From Eledone cirrhosa (Eukaryota), in the NCBI GenBank assembly GCA_964016885.1, contig OZ024742.1, positions 120,528,001-120,592,000 on the forward strand: a stretch of 64,000 nt of DNA. The letters run 5' to 3'. Numbering within the stretch: position 1 is the first letter of the stretch; each line of letters opens with the position of its first letter. Under the pieces are notes generated by a model. The model searched no databases, had not been told where the DNA came from, and saw nothing but the letters and a program-made list of their open reading frames with translations. A program made the translations under genes and the position numbers. This document shows positions 1 through 14,111 of this stretch, piece by piece.

Positions 1-1524
1 TAAATTAACTAAGTTTCTTGTATAAAATGATGGTGATTTGATATGAAAAGAGTTAAATCCCCCTGACAATTAATAGTAAGCTCTTGAGGCGTGAAAGGCT
101 CAGTTATTCCAGATGGAATATCACACAGAGCCTTAGACTCTGAGCTTACTACTGATATATACATCTATATCAATTCTGGTTCTCAAGAAATTTCACATAA
201 TTTGATATGAATACTGGTCACCCTATCAAAAATTGACAGATATTTAATGACTATATTCACAAAATTCAGTAAAAGAGCCCTTAAATATCACTGCTATTAT
301 ATTTTTTAATGATGCCATAAGCTATGCAGGATAATTGACTATGTATAACAAATTTTCAAACTTACATTTCAGCAAAATCTTTAAAGCTTGTCACATTTTC
401 AAAAACCCACCAAATGATCAGATAGAAAACACATTTTAAAATCAAAAGGACTTTATAGTGAATCAAACTTATCTCCCTTAAATTTCTTCTATGTTACTGA
501 CAGAGATACAGAAAATATGTAGTAAATCATTTAAATCCTTAGTAAACATAAAAACTGGAAAAAATATTCAGCAATCAACCACACAAAAAAGGAGATAAAA
601 TTTATTTATAAAACATAACCATACAAACATGCGATAAAAAGTTTGCAAACATACATAATGAATACATATCTAGACAAAATATATAAATGTCAATGTATAA
701 ATCTAAGTTAATTATAGATTGAACTACATCTGTCAAATAAATACTGCAGAGCTAAGATAAGAACTTATAGACAAGTAAAAACTTCAAAAATAATGCGTGA
801 ATTCTAGCAAATATGCTAAGAAATTGTCATGAAAAAGTTCACTGTTGCTTTATAAACTTTCAAGTATATACACAGCCACAATAAAATAATCAGCTCAATA
901 GGTGTTAGCATCTAAAACAGATGTCAATGCATTAATGGTTATCACGACAAGTTTCTATACAAGAAACATTGTGGCAATACACAAATCAAAAGCCATCTAA
1001 AAAAGACCACTAAAAGAAAATTAGGTCTTCATATCTTAATGCAAGCTACTTGATGCTGACATAAGTCAAACAAGTTTGTGTAATAAGTTATAGTCTTTGC
1101 CAATACTATCACCTTAAAACCAGCTGACAGTTTTTCATAAAATATTAAAATTCCTTTCAACATCATAATGGTATGGGCTAGAAAGACCTGCAATACACTT
1201 ATACATTCACCACATGTCATCTAAGAAGTCCAATACTTTCAATACTTCAAATACTTCATAAAAATAAATGAACTTTTTTTGTCCGATATGTATCTTCTCA
1301 CATATTACATATCAATAGCTGTAATTGTCTTTGTTATATACATCAGTCAATTTGTTAAGTTACAGTAAATGACAGAGCATTAAGTTGTGCTTAACCTTTC
1401 ATCTACCTAAAATACTATACTATCCTCATTCTTCTACAGCCACAACAATACACACTATCTAGTGCCTCCTTCCTCATATTACAGCCTTGAAACATCACAC
1501 TTTTTACACATGCCCTATATAATT

Positions 1525-1966
1525 TGCCTTCCATGCAGAAAGGGAGATATCTGCTGCCATACAGAGGGGGAGATATCTGCTGCCATACAGAGGGAGATAT
1601 CTGCTGCCATACAGAGGGAGATATCTGCTGCTATATAGAGAGGGAGATATTTGCTGCCATACAGAGGGAGATATCTGCTGTTATATAGAGAGGGAGATAT
1701 CTGCTGCCATACAGAGGGAGATATCTGCTGCCATACAGAGGGAGATATCTGCTGCTATATAGAGAGGGAGATATCTGCTGCCATACAGAGGGAGATATCT
1801 GCCTTCCATACAGAGGGAGATATCTGCCTTCCATACAGAGAGGGAGATATCTGCCTTCCATACAGAGGGAGATATCTGCCTTCCATACAGACAGAGGGAG
1901 ATATCGGCTGCCATACAGAGGGAGATATCTGCTGCCATACAGAGGGAGATATCTGCTGCCAACAGA
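1525..1966. repeat. Minisatellite, 24-bp unit (AGGGAGATATCTGCTGCCATACAG) with 26-bp variants, about 17 copies
   Basis: Direct tandem repetition; the overlapping ORFs at 1631-2013 are translations of the repeat. Confidence 0.95.
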
Positions 1967-3238
1967 AACAATATCTCTTCAATGACCCATTGATTGATCC
2001 TCTATGTTGCTAATCCTGCAAGAATCGGCAACAATATCTCCCTCAAATAACACCCTACTGTCTTTTTGAAAAAAAAACAACAAAGGAAGAACACATTGTA
2101 TTATGTAGTCCTTGATACATTATTCATGAAAATATAGACATGTTATAAAACCAATGCATATAAAGATTTAAAACATACTTTAAATGCATTGTTTGGGCTT
2201 CTAGTCATTTGAAATTTTTATAACATTGTCCCTATGCTTTCAAAAACTGCCTTGAAACTCAATTCATATATAGACAGGGTGGTCATGACTGGAACACTTT
2301 TGATCATAGGTCTGTTAGATTTACAACAACAAATCTCTAAATTGATTCTATCCATCTCAAAGCTATACTAGTTCTAACAGAATTTTCCTCAATTGCCACC
2401 AAACCACCATAAAGTAACAGTGTGTATTTGTTCACACTTTACTATGCTAGTGCATTTGATGCACCTAAAGCTTTGATTCCTTTTCCACCAACCAGAGATC
2501 ATAAAGCAGTGTTTATGTACCCATCTTACACCTCATTGACTTCCTGATTAATCTCATTCTGCATGATATAGCAGAACAATTTAAATGATATTTCAGTGCA
2601 TTATTTCCATAATTTAGTCATGTATCATTCCTACACTAACTTTATATTTTCTCTGAAAATATTTTGTATCTGATTCTCATCAGTCTTCTTTTGTTATCCA
2701 AACTACTCCTCATAATTACATTAATATTTACAAATATCTTAAACCTATTCAATTTCAGATTATACACTCCTACAATTTCCACAAATTTAGTATATACTTT
2801 TAATTCACCTAATATAAGCTGTATAATTAATATTCATATTTCTAATGAGATCATCATCACCATCGTCTGTTTTTCCATGCTTGCATCGTCTGCAGAAGGT
2901 CCAATATTATAGCATAAACAACACTATATGGTTAAAGAGAATAATTCATATCTGCAGTAATGGGATATGGATTTATTCTCACAATATATACTGATAAATT
3001 AGTATTTAGATTGGATTTCAAATTACTACAACCTACATATTATTCGATCAACATTTTCATAACACTTATCACTACTAGTAAAGAAACTGAAATATATTAG
3101 TACAAACATATTAGTTCCAGGTAAATGTATAGGGCAAAAGAAACTGATTCAAATTAATTCAAAGATAAGCAATGAAAAATATTAAAACAAGTTTATCTAC
3201 TTAAATAAATAAACAAAATAATTTGTACAAATATTTGT

Positions 3239-3306
3239 TTCTACTTTAGGCACAAGGCCAGCAATAACCCAGTTCATTACTGGTACTTTATTTTATCGAC
3301 CCCGTA
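3239..3306 (-). mobile_element. 3' fragment of tRNA-derived SINE family A
   Basis: Matches the reverse complement of the 3' part of the full copy at 62168-62354 (ggggtcgataaaataaagtaccag...ggccttgtgcctaaagtagaaac). Confidence 0.8.
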
Positions 3307-3461
3307 GTACAAATATTAATAGCACATTTGACTACAACATATATAAGGCTTCCTAATGTAGTGTTAGTGGTTTTATAGCTTGTATGGTTTACATATTATC
3401 AGAAATTATACTCAGCTAAAATCATTTCAAACTCTGAATTCTAATCTAGCTCAACAAATTC

Positions 3462-3710
3462 AACCCCTTTCAGACCAAACCACCTGACACTGTCTCAAAA
3501 CTGTTTCTTTAAAGTGTTTATCATCATTCTCATCATTATTTTACAACTGTTTATGAAAAAAAAACTTAAATTTATCTCCAAACACCAGCTTAATAATGAG
3601 AAAGTTAATTATATTTCTAAATTCCACCAAATTCTTGATTATTTTCAAAATTGTTTGAAAATCATAAGCAGTGAGTTTCAATAGGAATATGGTAATGAAA
3701 TGGTTAACTG
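3462..3710. mobile_element. Old MITE family with AACCC(T)TT...AAGGGTTAA-type ends; other decayed copies near 6856-7087, 7809-8040, 12782-13220, 18620-19205, 27045-27278
   Basis: Recurrent degenerate sequence (accatatttctaatgaa...ttttgaaaataat...ggtgtttggaacataa...ggtatcaaaagggttaa) with terminal inverted-repeat-like ends. Confidence 0.6.
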
Positions 3711-3856
3711 TTGAATTATGGAAATTATCACCATACAAACTAGTCCATAACAAGTTTTGTGGGCGAAATAAATAAAGTCACTTTCAACATATATTTCTTC
3801 ACCAAACTATAAAACAGTTATATTTTTTAGATTATTATTATGATTTTTATTATCAA

Positions 3857-4010
3857 GGGCAGTGGATTGGCAGTATCGGTAGAGCGTCAGACACCATGCT
3901 TTGCAGCATCGAGTTATGGCCCTTTACGATCTGGGTTCAAATCCTGCCGAGGTTAACTTTGCCTTTCATACTCACAGAATCGATTTAACCGACTTTCCCC
4001 TCCCCAAAAC
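3857..4010 (+). mobile_element. tRNA-derived SINE family A, internally deleted copy
   Basis: A-box-like TGGCAGTATCGG and B-box GGTTCAAATCC; homologous to 62168-62354 and 40586-40801. Confidence 0.85.
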
Positions 4011-4539
4011 AATTATTATTATTATTATACACACACCAAACAAGTGATGAATCTTAATTTCTTCATTTAATCTTCACATTTTGATAATGAAGGTATTAAC
4101 ATATCTTTGATATACTTCTATACAAAAGTTTGAAACCCCCAAAATCTGTCCTGTAATTCATTCCTTAAACATTCTAGCATGCCCATTGTACTGGATCTGT
4201 GATCTCTTGATGTGGAGAAGTTACAGTTCTACCTGGAGCGACTCCATCATCTGAGCTATGCACCCTATTGAGTAACGATACTCTCCATGGACCCTCCCTA
4301 ATAACACCATTTCAGCTACTTGTATTTGCAATCACTACTCAAAATTCATGACCATAAGCAAGGTCAGGGCACAAACATTGAATTGAAGATAACAAGTTTA
4401 ACTTTTCCACCTCCCTCCCTTTTGATAAAGTGCTGAAGTTGACACATCATTATACCAGCTCCAGCAAGCCTTGCATCTAATTCTGGAGAAGTGACAAAAA
4501 GCCTCCTTGATAGAGTCTAACATTGAAAGGTTTTGACTT

Positions 4540-4700
4540 AGCCCCATTCATTGGATTCCAGCTTAACCCCGAAATCCTCCCATGTCTTTATTTTGGACAC
4601 CTTGACTGTCTCCGCAGCAATTCTTTGTGTCTGCCTGTACCACAAGTGCAAGAAGGAGGACTTATTTATAAGCCAAGTCGTGTAAGCCTTTGGCAGGTCC
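4540..4700 (-). pseudogene. Decayed RTE-clade (Rex3/Expander-like) LINE fragment, endonuclease-RT linker
   Basis: Manual minus-strand translation KAYTTWLINKSS...YRQTQRIAAETVKVSKIKTWEDFGVKLE resembles the RTE linker motif YRQAKR.AA.AV..AK...WEEFGE.ME. Confidence 0.6.
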
Positions 4701-5411
4701 TGGGCAACCTACAGAATAAAGTTGGAGTCATTGGTGGATGGGGAAGTCAGGATCAGGTACGCAGACACCATTACATCCAAATTCAGAGAATTACAAAAAC
4801 ATTAAGCTAGATTAGTAGATATTAAGAAAACTTGGCAGCGGGTGGAATGAGGTAAAACAGGAAGGCATTTATTGTAGAGTGAGATTCAATATAAAGAAAA
4901 TCATAGAGAACTTATGTAAAAAAAAGTACTAAAAAGATCCCCTCCCCCCCTATCAAATAGAAAGATGTATAAATAGATAGATGAAATGCTACAAATGAAT
5001 AAAATTGGAGCCTATTTCTGAGTCAGGTAGGACACAATAGCTAATTAATATAGTTGGCATCATTCACTTGAGTTAATATATTGAGATTTGAGTGTATAGC
5101 ATAAGAATAATATCTGTGAGAAAATCTATAAGAATTTGTATTCTAACAGTCTTCCCTGGCAGCAAAAATCATACGAAAAAATAACAAACCCCACACAAAA
5201 TTATTAATAAAATATAATCATACAGAGCCAATTCTGATGAGAAATTACACGATATCAAAAATCAAGAGACAGCAAAATATTTTTAGCATTTCAGGAAAAA
5301 TATTCCACATATATACATAGTTATTAATGTCACATGAACTTCAGTAAATATCAAGAATGTATGTCTCATTGCCATATATAACTTGATATTATATTATATT
5401 ATATGTGTGTC

Positions 5412-5470
<59 letters not shown>

Positions 5471-5472
<2 letters not shown>

Positions 5473-5705
5473 CGAAGGAAGTGTGGTAAGGAACCAGATG
5501 GACCATAACGCACTAGAGTACTCAATACTTAGGGTAGTAGAGTGGGTAATAGGAAAATGTTTCACCCTGACGGCAGGGTTCAAGCCGTTTCGATGGCTAT
5601 TACTGAACTGAGTCCAGAAATAGCCTTCGAAACAGCTTGAGCTCTGCCGGCAGGGTGAAACATTTTCCTATATCATTTCACCCATCAGTGTGAAACATTT
5701 TCCTA
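5471..5705 (+). mobile_element. (TA)n-embedded fold-back element, copy A (about 78-nt leader plus 53-bp-arm hairpin)
   Basis: Arms 5549-5601 and 5619-5671 are reverse complements with 5 mismatches; leader shared with 17675-17865, 46917-47120 and 60640-60733. Confidence 0.85.
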
Positions 5706-8016
5706 TATATGTATATATATATATCACAACTATTTTCATACACTCTACATGAAAGGAAAACAAGATTATCAAGTAGCATCCACACATACGGTCTCCATAA
5801 TGTGTTTATGTGTATGTGTGTCTGTGTACACACACATATTATTGCTTTAATGTTTGATTTTCCATAACACAGGTTGGATGGATCTGTAGCAAACAGAACA
5901 CCTTTCTTCTTGATTCTCTGTGAGGATTATCATACACACAAACCAAAATTTAGTGAGAGATTGTTAGAGAGAATAAACAAAATCTATTTTTATCAAAACA
6001 GTACAGCAGTACAAGACGCTACATTAAATCAAAGGAACAGGACAAAGTCTGAAAGGTATCCATGTTTTCAAGGTGAACATTGAATCACTTGGCTTTGTCT
6101 ACATATAATAGTCTCTACATGGAGACAATATAACATGAAAAGGACTCTGTAAAGTGGTTGGTGTTAGGAAGGGTATCCATCTATAGAACCATGCTAAAAT
6201 CTGAACTTTATGAGCAACATGTGGTTCTCTGACCTGTTGAACACATAACAGCATGGGTGGGGGAACAATCAAATTTACAGCTCACACCTAGGTAGGTTTA
6301 GCTGGCTTCCTATGAAATTTCTCATTTACTTTATGATAGAGGAGGGGGTCCAGTCATATCATGAAAAGTGATTTGAAATGAAGCAAATTCCTCAAGAACA
6401 CAACATACTGCCTGGTTCAGGAATTGAACCCACACCCTTATGACTGTGAACCCAACAGCCTAACCACCATACCATCAGGGTAAGTGGACATAAGATGATA
6501 ATGATGATGATGATATATCAAAATTTATTGAGACTGCAGATGTCCAGCACAAGAACAAAATCTCCTCCCTCCGTCTTTGTCAGTCATCAACCAACCACAA
6601 GTGTTCTATTTTTCTCCTCACTCATTCCTTGATATTACTCAACCATTCCCCTTATGGTCTTCCTCTACACCTTATACCAAGAGGTTGTCCATGCATGGTT
6701 GTATTCACTAATAGTAAGGTGTCATCCTATCATGTTAGATGATGACACCATTTTCTGCCTTTTTGACAATTAACAGATGAATTGTGGTTTGCAGTTTTCT
6801 CAACAATTAATTTTCTAATTATTTCAAAATTTGATATATTCTCAAGAATATTAAATCAACCCTTTCCATACCAACCTTCCTGAAACCACCCCAGATTCTG
6901 TGATACAAAACTGCCTGTTTTAAAGTGCTTATCATTATCTAATCTTACCATCATGTTCCCAACTTTAGCTTCATAATGTAAAAATGTTAGCTATTTTATT
7001 AAATCTCTACGAATACTTGATCACTTTCAAAATTAATTGAAAGCCAGGCAGTGGATCTCTTTAGAAATATGGTAACAAAAGGGTTAAAAATATACTTGGT
7101 GACAATGTCCTTCCAATTCTTTTATTACTAATGATGAGAATGAAAAAAAATAAACATACTTGTTGAATGTATTTGAGAAACTAAAAAACATTATAAAGTA
7201 TCAATTTCACTGTTATACATAGAAAAGAAAAGATTCCCAGCTGAGCTTCTTATGTTTACCAATTTAAATGTAATTAACAGCAACCAATAATTTTGGAAAT
7301 CTGACATTTCCAAGATTACTCATGTGACCCCTTTTTATTTGAAACTAAAGAGTAATCTAAAGAGAAGATTGATTTAAGAACTAAAAATAAAGAAGATGAT
7401 CTGGAAGTTACCTTTCAGATTATCCAAATTTCACAGAACCATTATTCTTTCGAAATTGAATAAATACATGGTGGGTTAGGGGTGGGAATTAATGTTGAGA
7501 TCTTAACAAATTTTGATATGTCAAAACAACCCGTCAAAGAACAATGTAATAATAAATATGATAATTAGTTGCCTGCTAAAATCAGATACATATGAACAAT
7601 TGAAATTAAGATAATGTAATAATACATCCTAAAACACTGTGTACCTATTGATTCCTGATATCAATACATACAAAATAACTGATGCAATATGATTTGCTTC
7701 AGTAATAGCTGACTGAATACAGCACTCTAAGAGTTAAAACTGTGTGGAAAAGTAGTCAGTTTTATTACTAGCTCTGTGGTATTTTAGCAATACTAATATA
7801 TCTATTAGTAACCCTTTCATTACTATATTGTTTATGAAAAATACTGCCTATGATTTCCAATTAATTTTGAAAATAATAAAAAATTTGGAAGAATATAATG
7901 TTGGTGTTCAGAACATAACCCAAAGGTTCTTAAATAAAACTATGATGAAAAGTTTTTAGATAAATATAGATACTTTAAAACAAATAATTTTCTTATGGGG
8001 AAACAGAGGAAGTTTC

Positions 8017-8070
8017 AAGTAGGTTAGTATCAAAACAGTAAACATTGACAGTTTTGATACTAACCTACTT
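8017..8070. repeat. Perfect 20-bp inverted repeat with 14-nt spacer at the end of an old MITE
   Basis: aagtaggttagtatcaaaac / gttttgatactaacctactt. Confidence 0.85.
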
Positions 8071-8972
8071 CATAGTTTTGCCAATACTATTGACTTTTAT
8101 GAAAATATACTAAAATAGAAAACAGAATAAAATTGCTACTTAAAACATTAACAAATATTTTCTTTCTCCCAATCCCCAATCATCTAAAAAAAAAAAATTC
8201 AAAAAAATTCCAATCAACATTAAATATTTCAATAACTTTTATCAATAACAGATTATGCTAAATAATGCTGATTAATTCATTAATGTGGAATTTATTTTGA
8301 AAATAACTACATAATTAGCAAAAAATATCATCTTGCCTGTTTTATATCTTATTTTCCATACTGGCATGGTTTGGATAAGCCTGCAAATTTGAATATTTAC
8401 ATGTGATTTAGGAGATTTAAATACACTTCCTACAAGTTATATAATAAATATTCATATTTCAAATGTGAATATACAGTCTCAAGAAAGTTCAACTGAAAAT
8501 TATACCATCAACAACATTAAAGATGCAACATTATTCCCATGTAAAACTGATAGAAAATATTAAATGATCCATTCACTCAAAATACTATGTTGTAACTGAG
8601 ATTATATACTCAGCACAGTGGTTGGTGATCAAACAAATATAACAAATGGAAAAATAATATAACACTAGTTAAGTGAATGTGTGAATCATTTAGCTTGAAG
8701 TTCTGAGTAACTATTAATCTTTGTTGTTGTTTAGTCTCACATCAATTCTGATTTAGCAGACAATGATCAAAGGTATTCCAGCAGACCTCAATTTTTTCCA
8801 CATGCAGTAGGGTGTGATTTGAAGGAAATTTGGCTGCTATTTCTAGCAGATTAAACTACTACATAGATAAACTCATTGATTTATCTTGTATTTATAAATG
8901 CAATAGAATATATTTTAGCTGACAGAGTGAAGGAAGAAATCTTTTATGGAATTTCTTGATCAAAATTGGGGA

Positions 8973-9189
8973 TTAACCCTTTAGCATTTAAACCGGCTGT
9001 ATCCGGCCAGAATTTTCTCACCCCTTTCAGTTTAAACCAGCTGTAACCAGTTATTAAGGCATTGTTCTCAAAATAAATAATATCAAAATCTCATAGATTC
9101 AATATTATGTGAGATAACAATGTAAGATAAAGCCTTTACCACAAAAGTACAATAGTAAATATAGAGTAATGTAAATGTTAAAGGGTTAA
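8973..9189 (+). mobile_element. piggyBac-type MITE (TTAA target, TIR CCCTTTAGCATTTA)
   Basis: TTAA-CCCTTTAGCATTTA ... TAAATGTTAAAGGG-TTAA; further copies in the window. Confidence 0.85.
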
Positions 9190-12100
9190 GTAAATATTCA
9201 ACCACAGAAATATAAATACATGTAGTCAGGGGTTTCACAGACAATAGTAGTATTTTCTGTGAGAGCATATTACAATGTGACCAACACTGTACTTAGGAAC
9301 AACAATGTTAATTATCAGGATCATGGGTTTCACAATTAGCGTGGTAGTAAAGAAAAAGAAGACAGAATATTCCTGACATTGCACACACAATATTATGTTT
9401 CTTCAAGGGTAGTGAAACCAATCAAAATAATTATCAAAACCAATTTAATTGCCTTGTTACACTACATTTCATCCTATCGACATGAAAATAACTACCTGTA
9501 ATAGTCAACTCTATTGAATAGGTTCAGATAAATAGACTTAATTCTTGATTCTATGAAAGAAATCATTGTTAGAAATCATTGTTTGAGCTAAGCAAAGATC
9601 ATTGGTGCCAAATGAAACTTCTTTGCCAAATGTTTTGTTTCTATTCAATAGTGAAACTCCACCTCAATCCACCTATATTTTCAATCCTGGTTAACTCTTC
9701 ATTTTTATTTGTTCTCTGAGAATCATGAATTCTATAGCTCAACATATCACCCTAACGTGTATCAATTATGTTCTGGAATTATTTCCAATTTTAACCCAAC
9801 TTTTCAATCTTTTGCCTTTCACACACACATACACACAGGCAGGCATATACACTGAATTTATAGATTTCATTGTGTATTTATTGTATATATAAAATACATA
9901 GTATATGCATCACGCTCCCCACCCCCTCTACCTATTCAATAATTCCACCAATCCCAATTGGTGTGCAAATTATGAACAAAGTTTTTACTCACTAATAAAT
10001 GTTAGTATATTTAATGAATGCAACATTAAAAAATAACTAGAAAAATAGTATGCAATGTTATTTTCATCTTTCCAGCAAGTACAGGCAACAACTCCGGGGC
10101 ATGTTTCAATCTTATTCTAGCCTCATCATTGAAGCATAGCTTATATGTGTACAAGACTAATTGTGTTTGGTATTAAAACAGAAATTTCGAAGATACCATA
10201 AAAATAACAAATCTATGCCAGTATCAAGAAGGAAAAAGTACAGCTCGCCATCAGGAATTTTTAAAGAGTATGCATAAGCACACACACAATTACTTTTGCA
10301 TAAAAAGAATTCCATGTTGTTTCTAAAAATTCTTACTTTTCTTAACATTTTATTCCCTTTATAATTTTGGAATAGAGAGAGAGAGAGAGAGAGAGAGACT
10401 TTTTTTCTCAAAAATGGCTGACTGCATACACACGTGCTTTTTCTCAAAACATTTTTTTTCCATTCCCTCCTTTTCTCACCCTCTATATTTCTATTTTATT
10501 TCTCATTCTATTTTCTGGTGAGGCACTAGAGTCCAAAGTGTAAACACTCTTTCCCTACTATATCAAGCGTTAAACTAATATTCTTCATTGCACTGTGGTT
10601 TGCTTTATTGTTTCTGTCTGCTATATATATATATATATATATATAATAAAAGCAGAATGAAGGCAAAAGAAAAAAAGAAGATCATGTTAGTTTTTATATT
10701 ACCAAAGATATTTTCACAGTAAATAAATACATAAACAACCATAAAAAAGGCTTATCTATTTTCTTTTTCCTCTGGAAATATTACAAAATAATTTTGTAAC
10801 AATTTTGCTTACAATGAAAGACTCCAATTATGTGTTGCTTTTGAGATTATTAGCAATATATAAATAAATTATCTAGTTTTGTCGTCAATTATAGATCAAT
10901 TACATTTCAACTGTTTACTATCTTCAAATTTCACAATCCTGCCCCAACATGTCTCATTAAATCATTTTGAGGAACTACAGTGTAAAACCAATCAAAGATA
11001 ACTTCTACATGTATAATTTTGCTTACTACAACCTCTAAAGTCTCTATCTATCACACTTTCATATGAATATTTACAACTATTTTCAACACTGTTGTGAGAA
11101 GAACAAGTCTACAAATTTGGATTATTACAGTGTTAAAAACTAAATATACTTTCAAGTTTCAGCAATTCCATCAAACAGCAGTCTTGACTGGCGCAAGTAT
11201 TTAAAGTGGACTTATACCCTTATTCACTATATATATATACATTTCTCGTTTATATATAACATTTGGCATTAGGAAGGGCATCCAGCTCTAGAAATTAAGC
11301 CAGAAACAGTTCTATATGAACAAGATACACTCACCTGACTCAACTTGCTTCAAATGAGACAACCCATCTAACCCATGCTAGTGTGGAAAGTGGACGTTAG
11401 ACGATGATGATGATGATGATGATGATTTCTCGTTTTCTGTTTTATTTGTAAATATAGCATGCTGTCATCTTACAAAATATGTTGTTAATTTTATAAAGTC
11501 ATGTTTAAATTTATCTCATTCTAATGTTCAGCATAACGTGTTTTTTAAATGAATGGCATGCCACAGAGAGCTAATGCTTATTTTTCAACTAAAATAGCCA
11601 TAGTTAAGAAGAATAGAGTGACTTGTTCAATCAAGTATATGATGAAATGTTCTGACTGATACATCAATTTTTCAGTCAGTCTCTCTATAGCCCCTACACA
11701 GTTTTCATTACTTTTACTCATTCATCAAGTCTGACAGCAAACCTATGCTTTCATTCAAAAACTCCAGGCTGCTAGCAGATTAATTCTGATAAAGAAACAA
11801 GTATTTTGTAATTTTGGTAATATTTACTCTATTGATAATTAGCTGTTTTTACAGGCAATATAAAATAAAATATGAACCAGATTTCTTAGAAAAACAGTAT
11901 ATTTCAAACAATAATCTGCAAACATTATTGTATGCACACATATCATTAATATGATGCTAAGTTTGTTTTTGTGCATGAATAATTAAGAAGAGAAATGAAG
12001 CAGTATTGCTTGCCAAACTCTAGCTCTTATATTTTATTGAGACTTAAGTAAAGAATTGAAGTAATTTTCTTTTTTCATTACCAGAAGCACAGCATTTATG

Positions 12101-12908
12101 AGATTCATCATCATCACTGTTTAATGTCTATTTTCCATGTTTGCATGGGTTAGACAGACATGTTATGAGGCTAGATAGATCAGGTAACCATTTCTTGCTC
12201 ATACAATTCATTTTTGTCTTACTTTTCAACAGCTGGATACCCTTCATAATGCCAACCACCTTACCGTGGACTGGGTGCTTTTTATTATGTCACTAGCATG
12301 ACCATCTTGCAGAGTGAATTGGGTGTTTCTTTGTCATGGCACCAGCACAACCACCTTATAGAGTTGATGGGGTGCTTTTTGTCATGGCATGACTATGGTT
12401 TTGTGTTCAAATCTCAGAAAAAGTACTAAGCTGGCCAAGTACCTAATTCTGTCTTGAGAGAACGGTTAAATCAAATGAACAAAAGTAAAACAGCAGAAAT
12501 GTTGATAGTTACCATCAGTGTTTTCTTCTCTTTGTTAATACACTCAGCTTGCAAATGTTTCAGTCCAGCTAATGGTATATAAAAAAGAAACAACTTGCCA
12601 CTGCTTACAATGGCAACACCAGAAATTCAAAATGTGTTTGGTACTGAGCAGTGATGGTAAAAACTGTTTCTGTGAACCAGGAAAGGCACTTTCATATCCA
12701 GTCTCAGACTAGAGTCCATAAATTGTCTTAATCTGCCTTACAAACTTGAACTTTGGTTATGATTGCAAAGTGCAATCTACATTAACCATTTCATTAACAT
12801 ATTTCTAACAAAAGACACAATCTATGGTTTTCAAAATAATAAAAAATTTGAAGCAATTTGATAATAGAACTAATTTTGAAATTATTTATCTGGTATTTGG
12901 AGCATAAC

Positions 12909-13115
12909 TTAACCCTTTAGCATTTACATTACTATTGTATTTTTGCAGTAAAGGCTTTATCTCACATAATATCAAATCTACGAGATTTTGATGATGATAT
13001 TTATTTTGAGAACAATACCTTAATGTTGGTATAAGCAGTGGTTATGGCCGGTTTGAACAGAAACATGTGAGAGAATTCTGGCCGGATACAGCCAGTTTAA
13101 ATGCTAAAGGGTTAA
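12909..13115 (-). mobile_element. piggyBac-type MITE nested at a TTAA inside the older MITE family
   Basis: TIRs with TTAA on both sides; host element sequence resumes across the insertion. Confidence 0.85.
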
Positions 13116-13455
13116 CAGATGTTCTTACATAAAATTGAGATGGAAGGCTTTTAGATAAATATAAACACATTAAAACAAACAATTTTGTATCATAGAACCA
13201 GGGGCAGATTGGTATCAAACCTTCCACAATAATGTCTTCGTAGTCTACATCAGTGGCAGAAAATACTATTACTTTGTTGATAATAGAAAGGGTATCTATG
13301 AAACCATAGAAAGCATTTGCTCCAAAATATTTCAATATTCATATGTGCATCAACCATTCTGCCTAAAGTTACAGAAAAATGGATGTAAAACTGTAATAAA
13401 ATAAAATATAATATCTGCCTGTAAACCAAACTCCATCAATAGAAATTGATCAGCG

Positions 13456-13504
<49 letters not shown>

Positions 13505-14111
13505 TCACAATATTCTTATTCCCTAAAATAACTTCATTTTCAGCTTGAAATATAAATTCACTGTATGAATACTTTAATAAATAGGACTATATTCATTTTA
13601 TTAATTAATAAAAATATGAACTGGAATGAATAGTTGTTAATTTTAACAAATCTACAATGCTATAAAATGTGTTGTGGCAGAACCTCTCCCCACCACCACC
13701 ACCCCAGTAAACTGCCATTTTCAAGTTTGAGTCACAGATTAAAGTTCTCGATGCATAGACTATTATCTATATTGGGGCCCGAGTTGTTGACTTCCTTGCA
13801 GTGAACCCTGGAAACTGATCACTGGTCTTGATCAGGCCAATGGCAGCAACCTGAGACAGCAACAGTCTCATACACCATAAGATCATCATCGATATTGAAT
13901 AAAAGGATTTTATCAATGCAAGCACTATATCAGAACATCTTTTTTTAAACAGATGCTGCAGGTTTAAATTCCAATTGTCATGATAAACCTCTGGGTGCCT
14001 TTCTGCTGACATTTAGCCCTTCGGATATCAGAGACATGCTGTGTATTTAAACCTTATGGAGATTTTGTTGGCAGGATCTACCTGGATTTGCCTCTGCTTT
14101 CAAACTTATAT

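Noticed and set aside
1029-1220. 63-aa minus-strand ORF preceded by an acceptor-like ttcttag
   Set aside because: No recognisable domain, other frames closed, AT-rich composition like background
1631-2013. Overlapping repetitive ORFs and a superficially CRISPR-like periodicity
   Set aside because: Pure tandem repeat without unique spacers; eukaryotic context, no cas genes
2670-2690. CTGATGA heptamers here (minus strand) and near 27633, 33341, 38526, 56780 and 59193
   Set aside because: No stem II followed by GAAA and no stem I; expected by chance
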